NCBI GenBank assembly: GCA_951812955.1
Contig: OX638340.1
Span: 224,001 to 288,000 of the forward strand
Direction of reading: 5' to 3'
DNA: 64,000 bases
Origin: an uncultured Gemmatimonadota bacterium
Lineage (GTDB): Bacteria; JAAXHH01
A program made the translations under genes and the position numbers. A model generated the notes under the pieces. It searched no databases, was not told where the DNA came from, and worked only from the letters and a program-made list of their open reading frames with translations. Shown here one piece after another: positions 8,636-17,079 of this stretch; positions within the stretch are counted from its first letter, which is position 1; the number at the start of each line of letters is the position of its first letter.

Positions 8636-10049
8636 CCGCAATGGGTCGGCGGCGCCCACGTTGCTGGAAATAGCCGATATCATGGGCGGGAGACTGCATG
8701 TATCCATCCCCGCGCTTGGTCACAGACGGATCACGGGCGTTTGTTCCGATACGCGGCGTATCGCGGAGGGCAACCTGTTCGTCGCGATTGCAGGTGAACG
8801 GTACGACGGTCACGATTTCGTGCCTGAAGCCATGCGCTCGGGAGCGTGTGCGTCGCTGGTTGCGGCCGATTGGCTCGCGGGTCGGCCGGACCGGGAGACT
8901 CCGGATGACGCGCGGATCGTCGTGCCGGAAGTACTTCCGGCCCTGCAGGCATTCGCCGGTTGGCACCGAAGACGATTCGATCTGCCGGTAATCGCGGTTA
9001 CGGGTTCCAGCGGGAAGACCACCACGAAGAACATGATGGCCGCCGTGCTGGGAGAGCGCTACAGGGTTTTCAAAACACCGGGGAACCTGAATAGCCAGCT
9101 GGGAGTCTCCGAATCGCTGTTCTCGCTGCACGAAGGCCACGGCGCGGCGGTACTTGAACTGGGTATGAACCGGGCAGGTGAACTGACCCGGCTGTCCCGA
9201 ATGACCTGTCCATCCGTTGGCGTGATTACCAATGTGGGGCCCGCGCATATCGAGTTTTTCGAATCGATCGAAGGAATCGCCCGGGCCAAGGGCGAAATTC
9301 TCGACAATCTGCCAGGGGCGGGAAGCGCGGTGCTAAACGCCGACGACCCCCTCGTCATGAAGCAGGCCGTTCGCAGTCCGGCGCGAGTCGTTACGTTTGG
9401 ACGCAGCGAGGGAGCCGACGTAAGGCTGGCAAGCGCAACGACCGCACTGACCGGATCGACTTTCGCCTTGTCGGATGGCGCATCCTTTCGAATAAACCTG
9501 TTGGGGGAACACCAGGTCATGAATGCAATGGCCGCCGTGGCGGTGGGCAGGATTTCGGGAATCGACGACCAGGACATCGCTCGCGCGTTGCGAAACTTGG
9601 ATCCCACGCCCATGCGCATGGAATACAGGAAGGTGGGCGCCGTGCACCTGATCGACGACACATACAATGCCAATCCGTCGTCGATGAAGGCGGCCCTGGA
9701 CACGCTGGCGACTGCCGGAGGCCGTAAACTGGTCGTCCTCGGGGATATGCTGGAACTGGGCGAACTGGGCATGGCGGCGCACAGGGAAATCGGAAAACGC
9801 GCCGCGGATGTGGCGGAACGGATCGTCACGGTGGGAGAACTGGCCCGCGAAATCGCCGGAGCCGCGATGCATGCGGGGATGCCGGCGTCGCGCGTCTCGT
9901 CCTGCCTTTCCAACGACGAGGCGGTCGCTGAGGTAATGGCGGGAATCGAAGCCGTCGACGTCATACTCGTCAAGGGATCGCGCGGCATGCGGATGGAAAC
10001 GATCGTTGAATCCCTGGAACTAGCACTGGGCCATACCGAAACGGAGTGA
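8628..10049 (+). CDS. murF: UDP-MurNAc-tripeptide:D-Ala-D-Ala ligase MurF
   Basis: ATG at 8628 overlaps the murE stop within ATGGATAA. Mur ligase P-loop VTGSSGKTTTK; overall MurF-like sequence. Confidence 0.85.
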   Translation: MDNRNGSAAPTLLEIADIMGGRLHVSIPALGHRRITGVCSDTRRIAEGNLFVAIAGERYDGHDFVPEAMRSGACASLVAADWLAGRPDRETPDDARIVVPEVLPALQAFAGWHRRRFDLPVIAVTGSSGKTTTKNMMAAVLGERYRVFKTPGNLNSQLGVSESLFSLHEGHGAAVLELGMNRAGELTRLSRMTCPSVGVITNVGPAHIEFFESIEGIARAKGEILDNLPGAGSAVLNADDPLVMKQAVRSPARVVTFGRSEGADVRLASATTALTGSTFALSDGASFRINLLGEHQVMNAMAAVAVGRISGIDDQDIARALRNLDPTPMRMEYRKVGAVHLIDDTYNANPSSMKAALDTLATAGGRKLVVLGDMLELGELGMAAHREIGKRAADVAERIVTVGELAREIAGAAMHAGMPASRVSSCLSNDEAVAEVMAGIEAVDVILVKGSRGMRMETIVESLELALGHTETE

Positions 10050-10053
10050 TTCC

Positions 10054-11196
10054 GTGTTACATCAGCGAATCGATCTTCCACTGCTGGTTTCATCCCTGCT
10101 CCTCCTGGGCGTGGGATCGGTCATGATTTACAGCGCGAGTTCAGCCGTTGCCGAAGAGATGTTTTCCGGCGACAGTGGTTTCTTCGTCAAACGCTACCTG
10201 GTCAGGTTGATTCTCGGAATCGTCATCCTGGTCCTGTTCGCCAGCCTGAATTACCAGAAACTCGGGAAGTGGTCCCCATTACTGGTTGCCGTCGGCATGG
10301 TGTTTCTCGTGCTCCTCTTTGTTCCCGGTATCGGCCTGACCATCCGGGGCGCGACCCGCACCTTGAGCATGTTCTCCACGACGATTCAGCCCGCGGAAGG
10401 GATCAAGGTCGCCCTGGTCATATACCTGGCCTACTGGCTGGACAGGCGCCAGAACGTCATGGACCGTTTCTTCATCGGATTTCTGCCCGGAATAGCGGTG
10501 GTCGCGGCAGCCTGCCTGCTGATTGTCCTGCAGCCGGATTATGGTACCGCGATCGTGCTTGCCGCAACCTCGTTCGCGATGCTCTACATCGGCCGCGCGC
10601 GGATGCTGCACCTGGCAAGCACCGTGGGAATCATGTTGCCGGTCCTTTTCTACAGACTGTATTCGTCGGCTCACAGCCGGCAGCGTCTCATGGCTTATTT
10701 CGATCGGCTTTTCGGCAATTCCGTCGATCAGTCCGTCAATCTGCAAGGTGCGGACTACCAACTGCAACAAGCGCTGATCAGTCTGGGTACAGGCGGCGTA
10801 TTTGGAAACGGTCTGGGACAAAGCCGTCAGAAGTTTCTGTTCCTTCCCGATCCCCACACTGACTTCGTGTTCGCGGTGATTGGCGAAGAACTCGGTTTTC
10901 TGGGGTCGATGGCGGTGCTGGGCCTCTTTGTCGTATTCGCCTGGAGGGGTTTCAGGGTCGCCCGCATGGCACCTGACACCTTCGGGTTTTTCCTGGCGTC
11001 CGGGCTTACTATTCTTATCACACTGCACGTGCTGGTGAACATCGGTGTGGTGACGGGCATGCTCCCCACCACGGGGCTTCCGCTACCCTTCCTGAGCTAT
11101 GGCGGGTCCTGGCTGCTTTTCTGCATGATGAGCATCGGGATACTGCTGAACATTTCCAGAATGACATACCGGTGCCAGAGACTGAAATATGACTGA
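10054..11196 (+). CDS. ftsW: SEDS-family peptidoglycan glycosyltransferase / lipid II flippase FtsW
   Basis: Ten-TM SEDS protein with the conserved PDPHTDFVFAVIGEELGFLG loop and C-terminal LPLPFLSYGGS. It immediately follows murF, so mraY and murD are absent here. Confidence 0.85.
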   Translation: MLHQRIDLPLLVSSLLLLGVGSVMIYSASSAVAEEMFSGDSGFFVKRYLVRLILGIVILVLFASLNYQKLGKWSPLLVAVGMVFLVLLFVPGIGLTIRGATRTLSMFSTTIQPAEGIKVALVIYLAYWLDRRQNVMDRFFIGFLPGIAVVAAACLLIVLQPDYGTAIVLAATSFAMLYIGRARMLHLASTVGIMLPVLFYRLYSSAHSRQRLMAYFDRLFGNSVDQSVNLQGADYQLQQALISLGTGGVFGNGLGQSRQKFLFLPDPHTDFVFAVIGEELGFLGSMAVLGLFVVFAWRGFRVARMAPDTFGFFLASGLTILITLHVLVNIGVVTGMLPTTGLPLPFLSYGGSWLLFCMMSIGILLNISRMTYRCQRLKYD

Positions 11197-12607
11197 TCGG
11201 CAAAATACGGACATTGCATGCCGTCACGCGCATTTCATCGGCATAGGCGGAATCGGAATGAGCGGTCTGGCTGAACTGATGCTCGAATTTGGTTACGAAG
11301 TGAGCGGATCGGACCTGCGGCGAACACAGCTGACGGACCGGCTCAGCGGTCTCGGAGCGTCCGTCTTCCACAGCCACGACCCGGGCAACGCGGCGGGTGC
11401 GGACCTGATCGTGTACTCTTCCGCAATTCCGGAGGACAATCCCGAACTCGAAGCGGCCCGTAGGCATGGCGTACGTTTGGTCCGCCGCGCCGAACTGCTC
11501 GGTATACTGATGCGCGGGGCACGAAGTATCGCCGTGGCGGGCGCTCACGGCAAGACGTCCACGTCGGCGATGATCGTAAACGTACTGGCCGCCGCGGGCC
11601 TGGATCCGACCGCCGCCATAGGCGGGATCATGACGGAGAACGGATCCAACGTCCGGCACGGCAGCGGATCGTGGATGGTCGCGGAAGCCGATGAATATGA
11701 TCGTTCGTTCCATGCGCTGGCTCCGACTACGGCAGTAATCACATCGGTGGACGCAGACCACCTGGAATACTACGGATCGCAGGAAGCCATAGATGCAGCC
11801 TTCACTACTTTCGCCCATCTCGTACCCGAGGACAGGCCGTTGTTCGTGTGTGCCGACGACCCGGGCATCCGCAGGATCAGTCCCGCGCTGCGCCGACGGC
11901 TGGTGACCTACGGCCTTTCCGGTCACGCCTGCATCCGGGCAGACCGGGTGGCGACCGAAGGCTGGAGCATTTCCGCCGAAGTATTCGTGCGGGACGTTCC
12001 GGCCGGCCGGCTGGTTTTGCCTCAGCCCGGCGAGTGCAACCTGGTCAATGCCCTGGCGGCCATCAGTGTGGCCGACTACCTCGAAATACCCGTCGAGCGG
12101 ACCCTGGCGGCCCTGGCGGATTACCGGGGACTGAGGAGACGTTTCGAAGTACTCGGAAGGATTCAAGGTGTGGAGGTAGTGGACGACTATGCCCACCATC
12201 CCGTCGAAATCGAGGCGGCGTTGCTCGCCCTGTCAAACGCGGGAGCCCGGCGCATGTTCGTCATATTCCAACCCCACCTCTTCAGCCGAACGCAGCATCT
12301 GTGCCGCGAATTCGGGCGCGTACTCGGGCGGTTTCCCGCATATCGGAAGATCGTTACGGACGTGTACCCCTCCAGGGAAACGCCGCGGGAGGGGGTTACG
12401 GGTGAGTTGATCGTCAGGGCGTCGAGCGCATTCGGAGGAGGCGTCGCGTACATGCCGGACAAGAACCGCATCGCGACCACCCTGGTGGACGATCTCGAGA
12501 AAGGGGACATGGTGCTGACGCTCGGCGCGGGGGACATCGACGAAGTAGGACGGCAGGTTTGCGAACTACTTAGGAAACGCGGGGTCAGGTCCCATGCATG
12601 TATATGA
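11189..12607 (+). CDS. murC: UDP-N-acetylmuramate:L-alanine ligase MurC
   Basis: N-terminal HFIGIGGIGMSGLAE (the MurC Rossmann signature) and Mur ligase P-loop AGAHGKTSTS. It overlaps the ftsW stop within ATGACTGA, so there is no murG between ftsW and murC. Confidence 0.9.
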   Translation: MTDRQNTDIACRHAHFIGIGGIGMSGLAELMLEFGYEVSGSDLRRTQLTDRLSGLGASVFHSHDPGNAAGADLIVYSSAIPEDNPELEAARRHGVRLVRRAELLGILMRGARSIAVAGAHGKTSTSAMIVNVLAAAGLDPTAAIGGIMTENGSNVRHGSGSWMVAEADEYDRSFHALAPTTAVITSVDADHLEYYGSQEAIDAAFTTFAHLVPEDRPLFVCADDPGIRRISPALRRRLVTYGLSGHACIRADRVATEGWSISAEVFVRDVPAGRLVLPQPGECNLVNALAAISVADYLEIPVERTLAALADYRGLRRRFEVLGRIQGVEVVDDYAHHPVEIEAALLALSNAGARRMFVIFQPHLFSRTQHLCREFGRVLGRFPAYRKIVTDVYPSRETPREGVTGELIVRASSAFGGGVAYMPDKNRIATTLVDDLEKGDMVLTLGAGDIDEVGRQVCELLRKRGVRSHACI

Positions 12608-13520
12608 AATGCTCAGTGGGTCGATCGCTTCCGAACGGCTGCGGTGCGACGAGGGCCTTGATCGGCATTCTACTTACCGGGTCGGAGGGCCGGCGGACGT
12701 GATGTGCCTGCCTCGAACCCGATCGGAACTGCTGGATGTCGTCACCGCTGCAAGCGTGCGCGGGATACCCTGGCTGGTGGTGGGAAACGGGAGCAATATC
12801 CTCTTCTCGGATGACGGATTCCGCGGTCTGGTGATCAAGATAAGAGGCGCGGTCCCGGTGGAGGGGACGCTGTGGCAATTGGCGCAGGAAGGTGATTTCA
12901 TCCGGGCGGGCGCGGGCGTCAGCCTGCCTCGACTCGCCAGGTCGGCGGCGGCCGCGGGACTGAGCGGACTGGAGTTCTGCACCGGGATACCCGGCGTGGT
13001 TGGCGGATCCATCCGGGGCAACGCCGGCGCTCACGGGAGTGATCTGGGCGCTGTAGTGGAGTCTGTGGAAATGATTCGGCCATCCGGTGACATCGTGACG
13101 ATCAGGGCTTCGGAGGCCGGGTTTTCCTATCGGGAAAGTGAAATTGAGCCGGACAGCATCGTGACCGGGGCGGTGTTCAGGCTGACGCCGGATGAACCGG
13201 AGAACGTGCAAGAACGCATAAGGGTCTTCACCGAATACAGAAAGCGCACGCAGCCGTCCTCCGATCAGAGTGCCGGGTGCATGTTTAAAAACCCGGTGGG
13301 CGACAGTGCCGGAAGGCTGATCGACGCGGCCGGGTGCAAAGGACTTCAGGTCGGCGGATCGAGGGTGTCCGAAATCCACGGTAATTTCGTAATCAACCTG
13401 GGTGGTGCAACGGCGTCGGACGCGTTGCGGTTGATCGACCTGGTTCGCGAACGGGTCTTCGAGCGAACCGGCGTAGCCCTCGAACTCGAGGTGCGCGTGA
13501 TGAAATCGGGCGTGGTATGA
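12594..13520 (+). CDS. murB: UDP-N-acetylenolpyruvoylglucosamine reductase MurB
   Basis: FAD-binding PCMH-type domain (YRVGGPADVM...GNGSNILFSD) and the C-terminal MurB domain (GCMFKNP, RVSEIHGNFVIN). Confidence 0.85.
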   Translation: MHVYEMLSGSIASERLRCDEGLDRHSTYRVGGPADVMCLPRTRSELLDVVTAASVRGIPWLVVGNGSNILFSDDGFRGLVIKIRGAVPVEGTLWQLAQEGDFIRAGAGVSLPRLARSAAAAGLSGLEFCTGIPGVVGGSIRGNAGAHGSDLGAVVESVEMIRPSGDIVTIRASEAGFSYRESEIEPDSIVTGAVFRLTPDEPENVQERIRVFTEYRKRTQPSSDQSAGCMFKNPVGDSAGRLIDAAGCKGLQVGGSRVSEIHGNFVINLGGATASDALRLIDLVRERVFERTGVALELEVRVMKSGVV

Positions 13521-14359
13521 ATTCGAACAGGATGCGTTTCACATTCCGTTTGATGACCGGACTTGCGATTGTCCTGCTCGCCTCAGGTACGACGGCCGGA
13601 CTGGTCATGGGAGGCCTGGCGCTGTCCAGGTGGACTGAGAACTCGCCGGTTTTCAATCTGGACGCCATCGTCGTCGAGGGGAACAGGATCGCTGGCAAGG
13701 AGGACATCATCCGGGTTTCCGGCCTCGAAATGGGCAAGAACATCTGGTCGGCCGACCTCGAGGAGACCGGACGGCGACTCATGCTCGACACGCGGTTCGA
13801 TCGGGTCGCGCTGAGCAGGAGGTTACCCGGTACCGTCGTCGTTCGGGTGAAGGAACTGCAGCCCATCGCCATTGTACAGCTGGATCGCCTCTACGGAGTC
13901 TCCGAACGCGCCGAGCTGATCCCGCTTTCACCGGGAAACGGGTTGCCGGACCTTCCCGTGATTACCATCGACGCTTCAGGTTTCCGGCCGGAGTCAGGCG
14001 CCGCGGAATCGCGGGACCTTCATTTCGAAACGCTCAGGGAAGCCATGCTGGTCGATCCCGAGATGGGCCGCGCCCTCTACCTCATGCGGGTGCTCAGAGC
14101 GATGTCTCCGGGGATGTACGACGAGTTATCCGAGATTCACATGTCCAGACCGAATGACCCGATCGCCTACATGGTGGAAGGCGGATTGGCCATACGGTTC
14201 GGAACGGGACACTACCCCCGGAAGATCGAGATGCTCAGACGAACTGTGGAGCGGTTGGAAGCCGACGCCATCAGGACCCGGTTGATCGATCTGAGGTTCA
14301 AGGACCAGGTTATCGTCCGCCCGGTTGTATCCAGCCGGTCCCTGGACAGGCGTTCGTAG
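13517..14359 (+). CDS. ftsQ: cell division protein FtsQ (TM plus POTRA domain)
   Basis: Single TM helix then a POTRA-like segment (IVVEGNRIAGKEDIIRVSGLEMGKNIWSADLEE) and a FtsQ beta domain. It occupies the position between murB and ftsA and overlaps the murB stop (ATGA), so no ddl is present. Confidence 0.75.
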   Translation: MNSNRMRFTFRLMTGLAIVLLASGTTAGLVMGGLALSRWTENSPVFNLDAIVVEGNRIAGKEDIIRVSGLEMGKNIWSADLEETGRRLMLDTRFDRVALSRRLPGTVVVRVKELQPIAIVQLDRLYGVSERAELIPLSPGNGLPDLPVITIDASGFRPESGAAESRDLHFETLREAMLVDPEMGRALYLMRVLRAMSPGMYDELSEIHMSRPNDPIAYMVEGGLAIRFGTGHYPRKIEMLRRTVERLEADAIRTRLIDLRFKDQVIVRPVVSSRSLDRRS

Positions 14360-14377
14360 CGGTAAAAGGAGTTTCGC

Positions 14378-15598
14378 ATGGCCCGTGAATGTATAGCTGC
14401 ACTCGACCTGGGCACGACCAAAACGGTCGTGTTGATCGGCGAGATGACTGACGCCGGCCTCCGGATCCTGGGCGAGGGTACGTGCCGGTCCCAGGGCCTC
14501 CGGCGAGGCGTCCCGGTCAATATGGACGAAGCTGCCCGTTCGATCGCGGAGACGATTCAGGTCGCGGAACAGGCGGCCGAAGCCAGGATAAGCGAGGTCT
14601 ATGTCGGGTGTTCCGGCGATCACATCGAAAGTGTCAACAGCAGAGGCGTCGTGGCCATTTCGTCCGACGGGGGACGGGGCGTGACGCGTAAGGACGTTGC
14701 TCGCGCCTTCGATTCCGCGACGGCCCTGAGGATTCCCATGGACCGCCAGGTCATCCATGTGCTCGCACAGGACTATATCGTGGACGACCAGTGCGGTATC
14801 CGCGACCCGTGCGGCATGTCCGGCGTCCGGCTTGAAGTGCTGGTGCACATCGTGACCGGGGCGATCACCTCGTTGCGGAATGTACGCAATTGCATCATGC
14901 AGTCCGGAATTCAAGTCCGGGAAATCGTCCTCGATTCGCTCGCCGCGAGCCAGGCGGTGCTCACATCCGACGAAAAAGAGCTGGGTGTCGTTCTCCTCGA
15001 CCTCGGCGGGGGCACCACGAACATCGCGCTGTTCCAAGACGGCAGCATCCGGCATTCGTCGGTTATTCCCGCCGGAGGAATCAACCTTACGAACGATATC
15101 GCGATCGGTCTCCGCACCCCGCATGAAGATGCCGAACGAATAAAGCGGCACTACGCGAGCGCGGTATATGTCCGCTCGGAAAGGGACAACATGATTGAAG
15201 TACCCGGGGTCGGCGGACGCGAGTCGCGTATGGTGACGCGGGAGGAATTGGCGTTCGTGGTCGGCCCACGGATCAAGGAGCTTCTGGTCCTCGCTCGGGA
15301 GACGATCAGGAACAGTGGATTCGAACACCTGGTCCGCACCGGTATCGTTATCACAGGGGGCGGTGCGCTGATGCCGGGTATTGCGAAACTGACGGAACAG
15401 GTCTTCGGCATGTCCGCGAAAATCGGTGCGCCGGAGGAAGTTCACGGCCTGGCCGATGATGGGAACGCCCCCCTGTACGCAACCGGTGTAGGCTTGTTGC
15501 GCCACGCAGCGGACAGCTCGTCAGGAAAAAAGTGGCACCATGATACGGAAGGAGGATGGCTGGATCGTGTGAGAAGCCGGATCGTAGCCATGTTGTAG
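14378..15598 (+). CDS. ftsA: cell division protein FtsA
   Basis: Actin/Hsp70-fold motifs IAALDLGTTKTVVLIGE, DLGGGTTNIALF and VITGGGALMPGI. Lies directly upstream of ftsZ. Confidence 0.9.
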   Translation: MARECIAALDLGTTKTVVLIGEMTDAGLRILGEGTCRSQGLRRGVPVNMDEAARSIAETIQVAEQAAEARISEVYVGCSGDHIESVNSRGVVAISSDGGRGVTRKDVARAFDSATALRIPMDRQVIHVLAQDYIVDDQCGIRDPCGMSGVRLEVLVHIVTGAITSLRNVRNCIMQSGIQVREIVLDSLAASQAVLTSDEKELGVVLLDLGGGTTNIALFQDGSIRHSSVIPAGGINLTNDIAIGLRTPHEDAERIKRHYASAVYVRSERDNMIEVPGVGGRESRMVTREELAFVVGPRIKELLVLARETIRNSGFEHLVRTGIVITGGGALMPGIAKLTEQVFGMSAKIGAPEEVHGLADDGNAPLYATGVGLLRHAADSSSGKKWHHDTEGGWLDRVRSRIVAML

Positions 15599-15666
15599 CA
15601 CACACCATGCGCTATCGTACGGATTCGGCGGTTTGCTAACTCAAACCCCACAGAAGGAGGCAGGAA

Positions 15667-16839
15667 ATGTCTACTTTCGACTTTGATGCGGAACCGGGAT
15701 TGTTTGCCCGCATGAAAATAATCGGCGTAGGCGGCGCAGGAAAGAACGCCGTCAACCACATGGTTGAAATCGGCGTCCCGGGCGTTGATTTTCTAGTCGC
15801 CAACACCGACGCGCAGGACCTGGCGGGTTCCAATGTGAAGTACAAGATACAGCTGGGACAGGAAACTACCCGTGGACTCGGCGCCGGCGCTAATCCCGAC
15901 GTGGGCCGCAAAGCCGCGGAGGAAAGCCGGGACGAAATCGCGGAACACCTGACCGACATCGACATGGTGTTCATCACGGCGGGTATGGGGGGAGGCACGG
16001 GAAGCGGCGCCGCGCCGGTGATTGCCCAGATTGCGAAGGAACTGGGTGTGCTGGCCGTCGGCGTCGTGACCAAGCCGTTCGCGTTCGAGGGACCCAAGCG
16101 TGCGGCGAACGCCGAGACCGGGCTCTCAGCTTTGAAGGAACATGTAGATACGGTGGTCATCATACCAAACCAGAAACTGAAGGAGGCCGTGAGCCGCAAC
16201 ACCACATTCAAAGACGCGCTCAAGGTGGCCGACGAAGTCCTGTTGCAGGCCACGCGCGGCATTTCGGACCTGGTTACACTGCCCGGATTGATCAATGTCG
16301 ATTTCGCCGATATCAGGACGACCATGGAGAACAAGGGCGAAGCCCTGATGGGAACCGGCGAAGCCGATGGCGACAAGCGTGCGCTGGAAGCGGCGGAACG
16401 GGCCATGCGGCACCCGTTGCTGGCGGACATGGACATCGACGGGGCCAAGGATATTCTGCTCAATATATCGGGCGGCCAGGACATGACCCTGTTCGAAGTG
16501 GAAGAGGTGATGACCACGGTTCAGGCGGCCGCGGGACATACCAACATCATCATGGGTACGGTCCTCGACGAAAGCCTCGACGGCAAGGTCCGCGTAACGG
16601 TGATCGCCACGGGGCTGGACCAGTCGATGGCTGCCCCTGACGATATGTTGACGCGTAACATCCTGAAGTTTCAGCCGGACCGCCCTAACGAACTGGAAAC
16701 GCCGGCCTTTCAGCGTGTCAAGCGCAACGGGTTCGATACGGAAGAAGTGACCGTCGGCGACCCTTCTGACGACGCGGTCGACAACAACGGGCTGGACGTG
16801 CCGACCTACATGCGTCGCAGGCGGGCTTTCGGTTCGTAG
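15667..16839 (+). CDS. ftsZ: cell division GTPase FtsZ
   Basis: Tubulin signature GGGTGSG (GMGGGTGSGAAPV), N-terminal KIIGVGGAGKNAVNHM, and a conserved C-terminal tail (DVPTYMRRR). Confidence 0.95.
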   Translation: MSTFDFDAEPGLFARMKIIGVGGAGKNAVNHMVEIGVPGVDFLVANTDAQDLAGSNVKYKIQLGQETTRGLGAGANPDVGRKAAEESRDEIAEHLTDIDMVFITAGMGGGTGSGAAPVIAQIAKELGVLAVGVVTKPFAFEGPKRAANAETGLSALKEHVDTVVIIPNQKLKEAVSRNTTFKDALKVADEVLLQATRGISDLVTLPGLINVDFADIRTTMENKGEALMGTGEADGDKRALEAAERAMRHPLLADMDIDGAKDILLNISGGQDMTLFEVEEVMTTVQAAAGHTNIIMGTVLDESLDGKVRVTVIATGLDQSMAAPDDMLTRNILKFQPDRPNELETPAFQRVKRNGFDTEEVTVGDPSDDAVDNNGLDVPTYMRRRRAFGS

Positions 16840-16902
16840 CATTCCGCATCATTCCGCGCCCGCAAGGGCGATTCGGGTGACTGCCATACAGGGTGAATTT
16901 GA

Positions 16903-16931
16903 TTGACAGACCCGCGTCGGCGCGGTATTTT
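16903..16931 (+). promoter_or_regulatory. TTGACA-17nt-TATTTT element in the ftsZ-valS spacer. It is either a valS promoter or, because the spacer forms a 5-bp GC hairpin (ccgcg/cgcgg) followed by TATTTT, a weak intrinsic terminator for ftsZ.
   Basis: Read from the sequence. The -35 hexamer is perfect and the spacer is 17 nt. Confidence 0.3.
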
Positions 16932-17079
16932 GAGGCAGGCGATTTTCGCGTTGCTGCTTTCAAGATACCGTCCCGATGGAGGGCGTAGTCTTACCTGTTC
17001 CGGTATACAGTCTGATTACGGCCATTCCATAACCTGTTCTATTTAGTAACGCTCGATACGACAGGGAGAAACATCCTAG

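Noticed and set aside
9059-10093. Long antisense or alternate-frame ORFs inside confidently assigned genes. Examples: 9059-10093(-) 344 aa in murF; 11018-12199(-) 393 aa in murC; 14126-15505(-) 459 aa in ftsA; 28002-29210(-) 402 aa in pfk; 31029-32150(-) 373 aa in the SBP gene; 38852-40195(+) 447 aa antisense to corC; 41936-43069(-) 377 aa in abgT; 43967-45133(+) 388 aa in the APC permease; 46297-47265(-) 322 aa; 47781-48782(-) 333 aa; 51776-52807(+) 343 aa; 53658-54662(-) 334 aa; 58024-59211(-) 395 aa; 60150-61061(+) 303 aa.
   Set aside because: High GC suppresses stop codons on all frames. These ORFs have Arg/Pro/Gly/Ala-rich low-complexity translations, overlap genes with clear domain signatures on the other strand, and none shows a recognisable motif.
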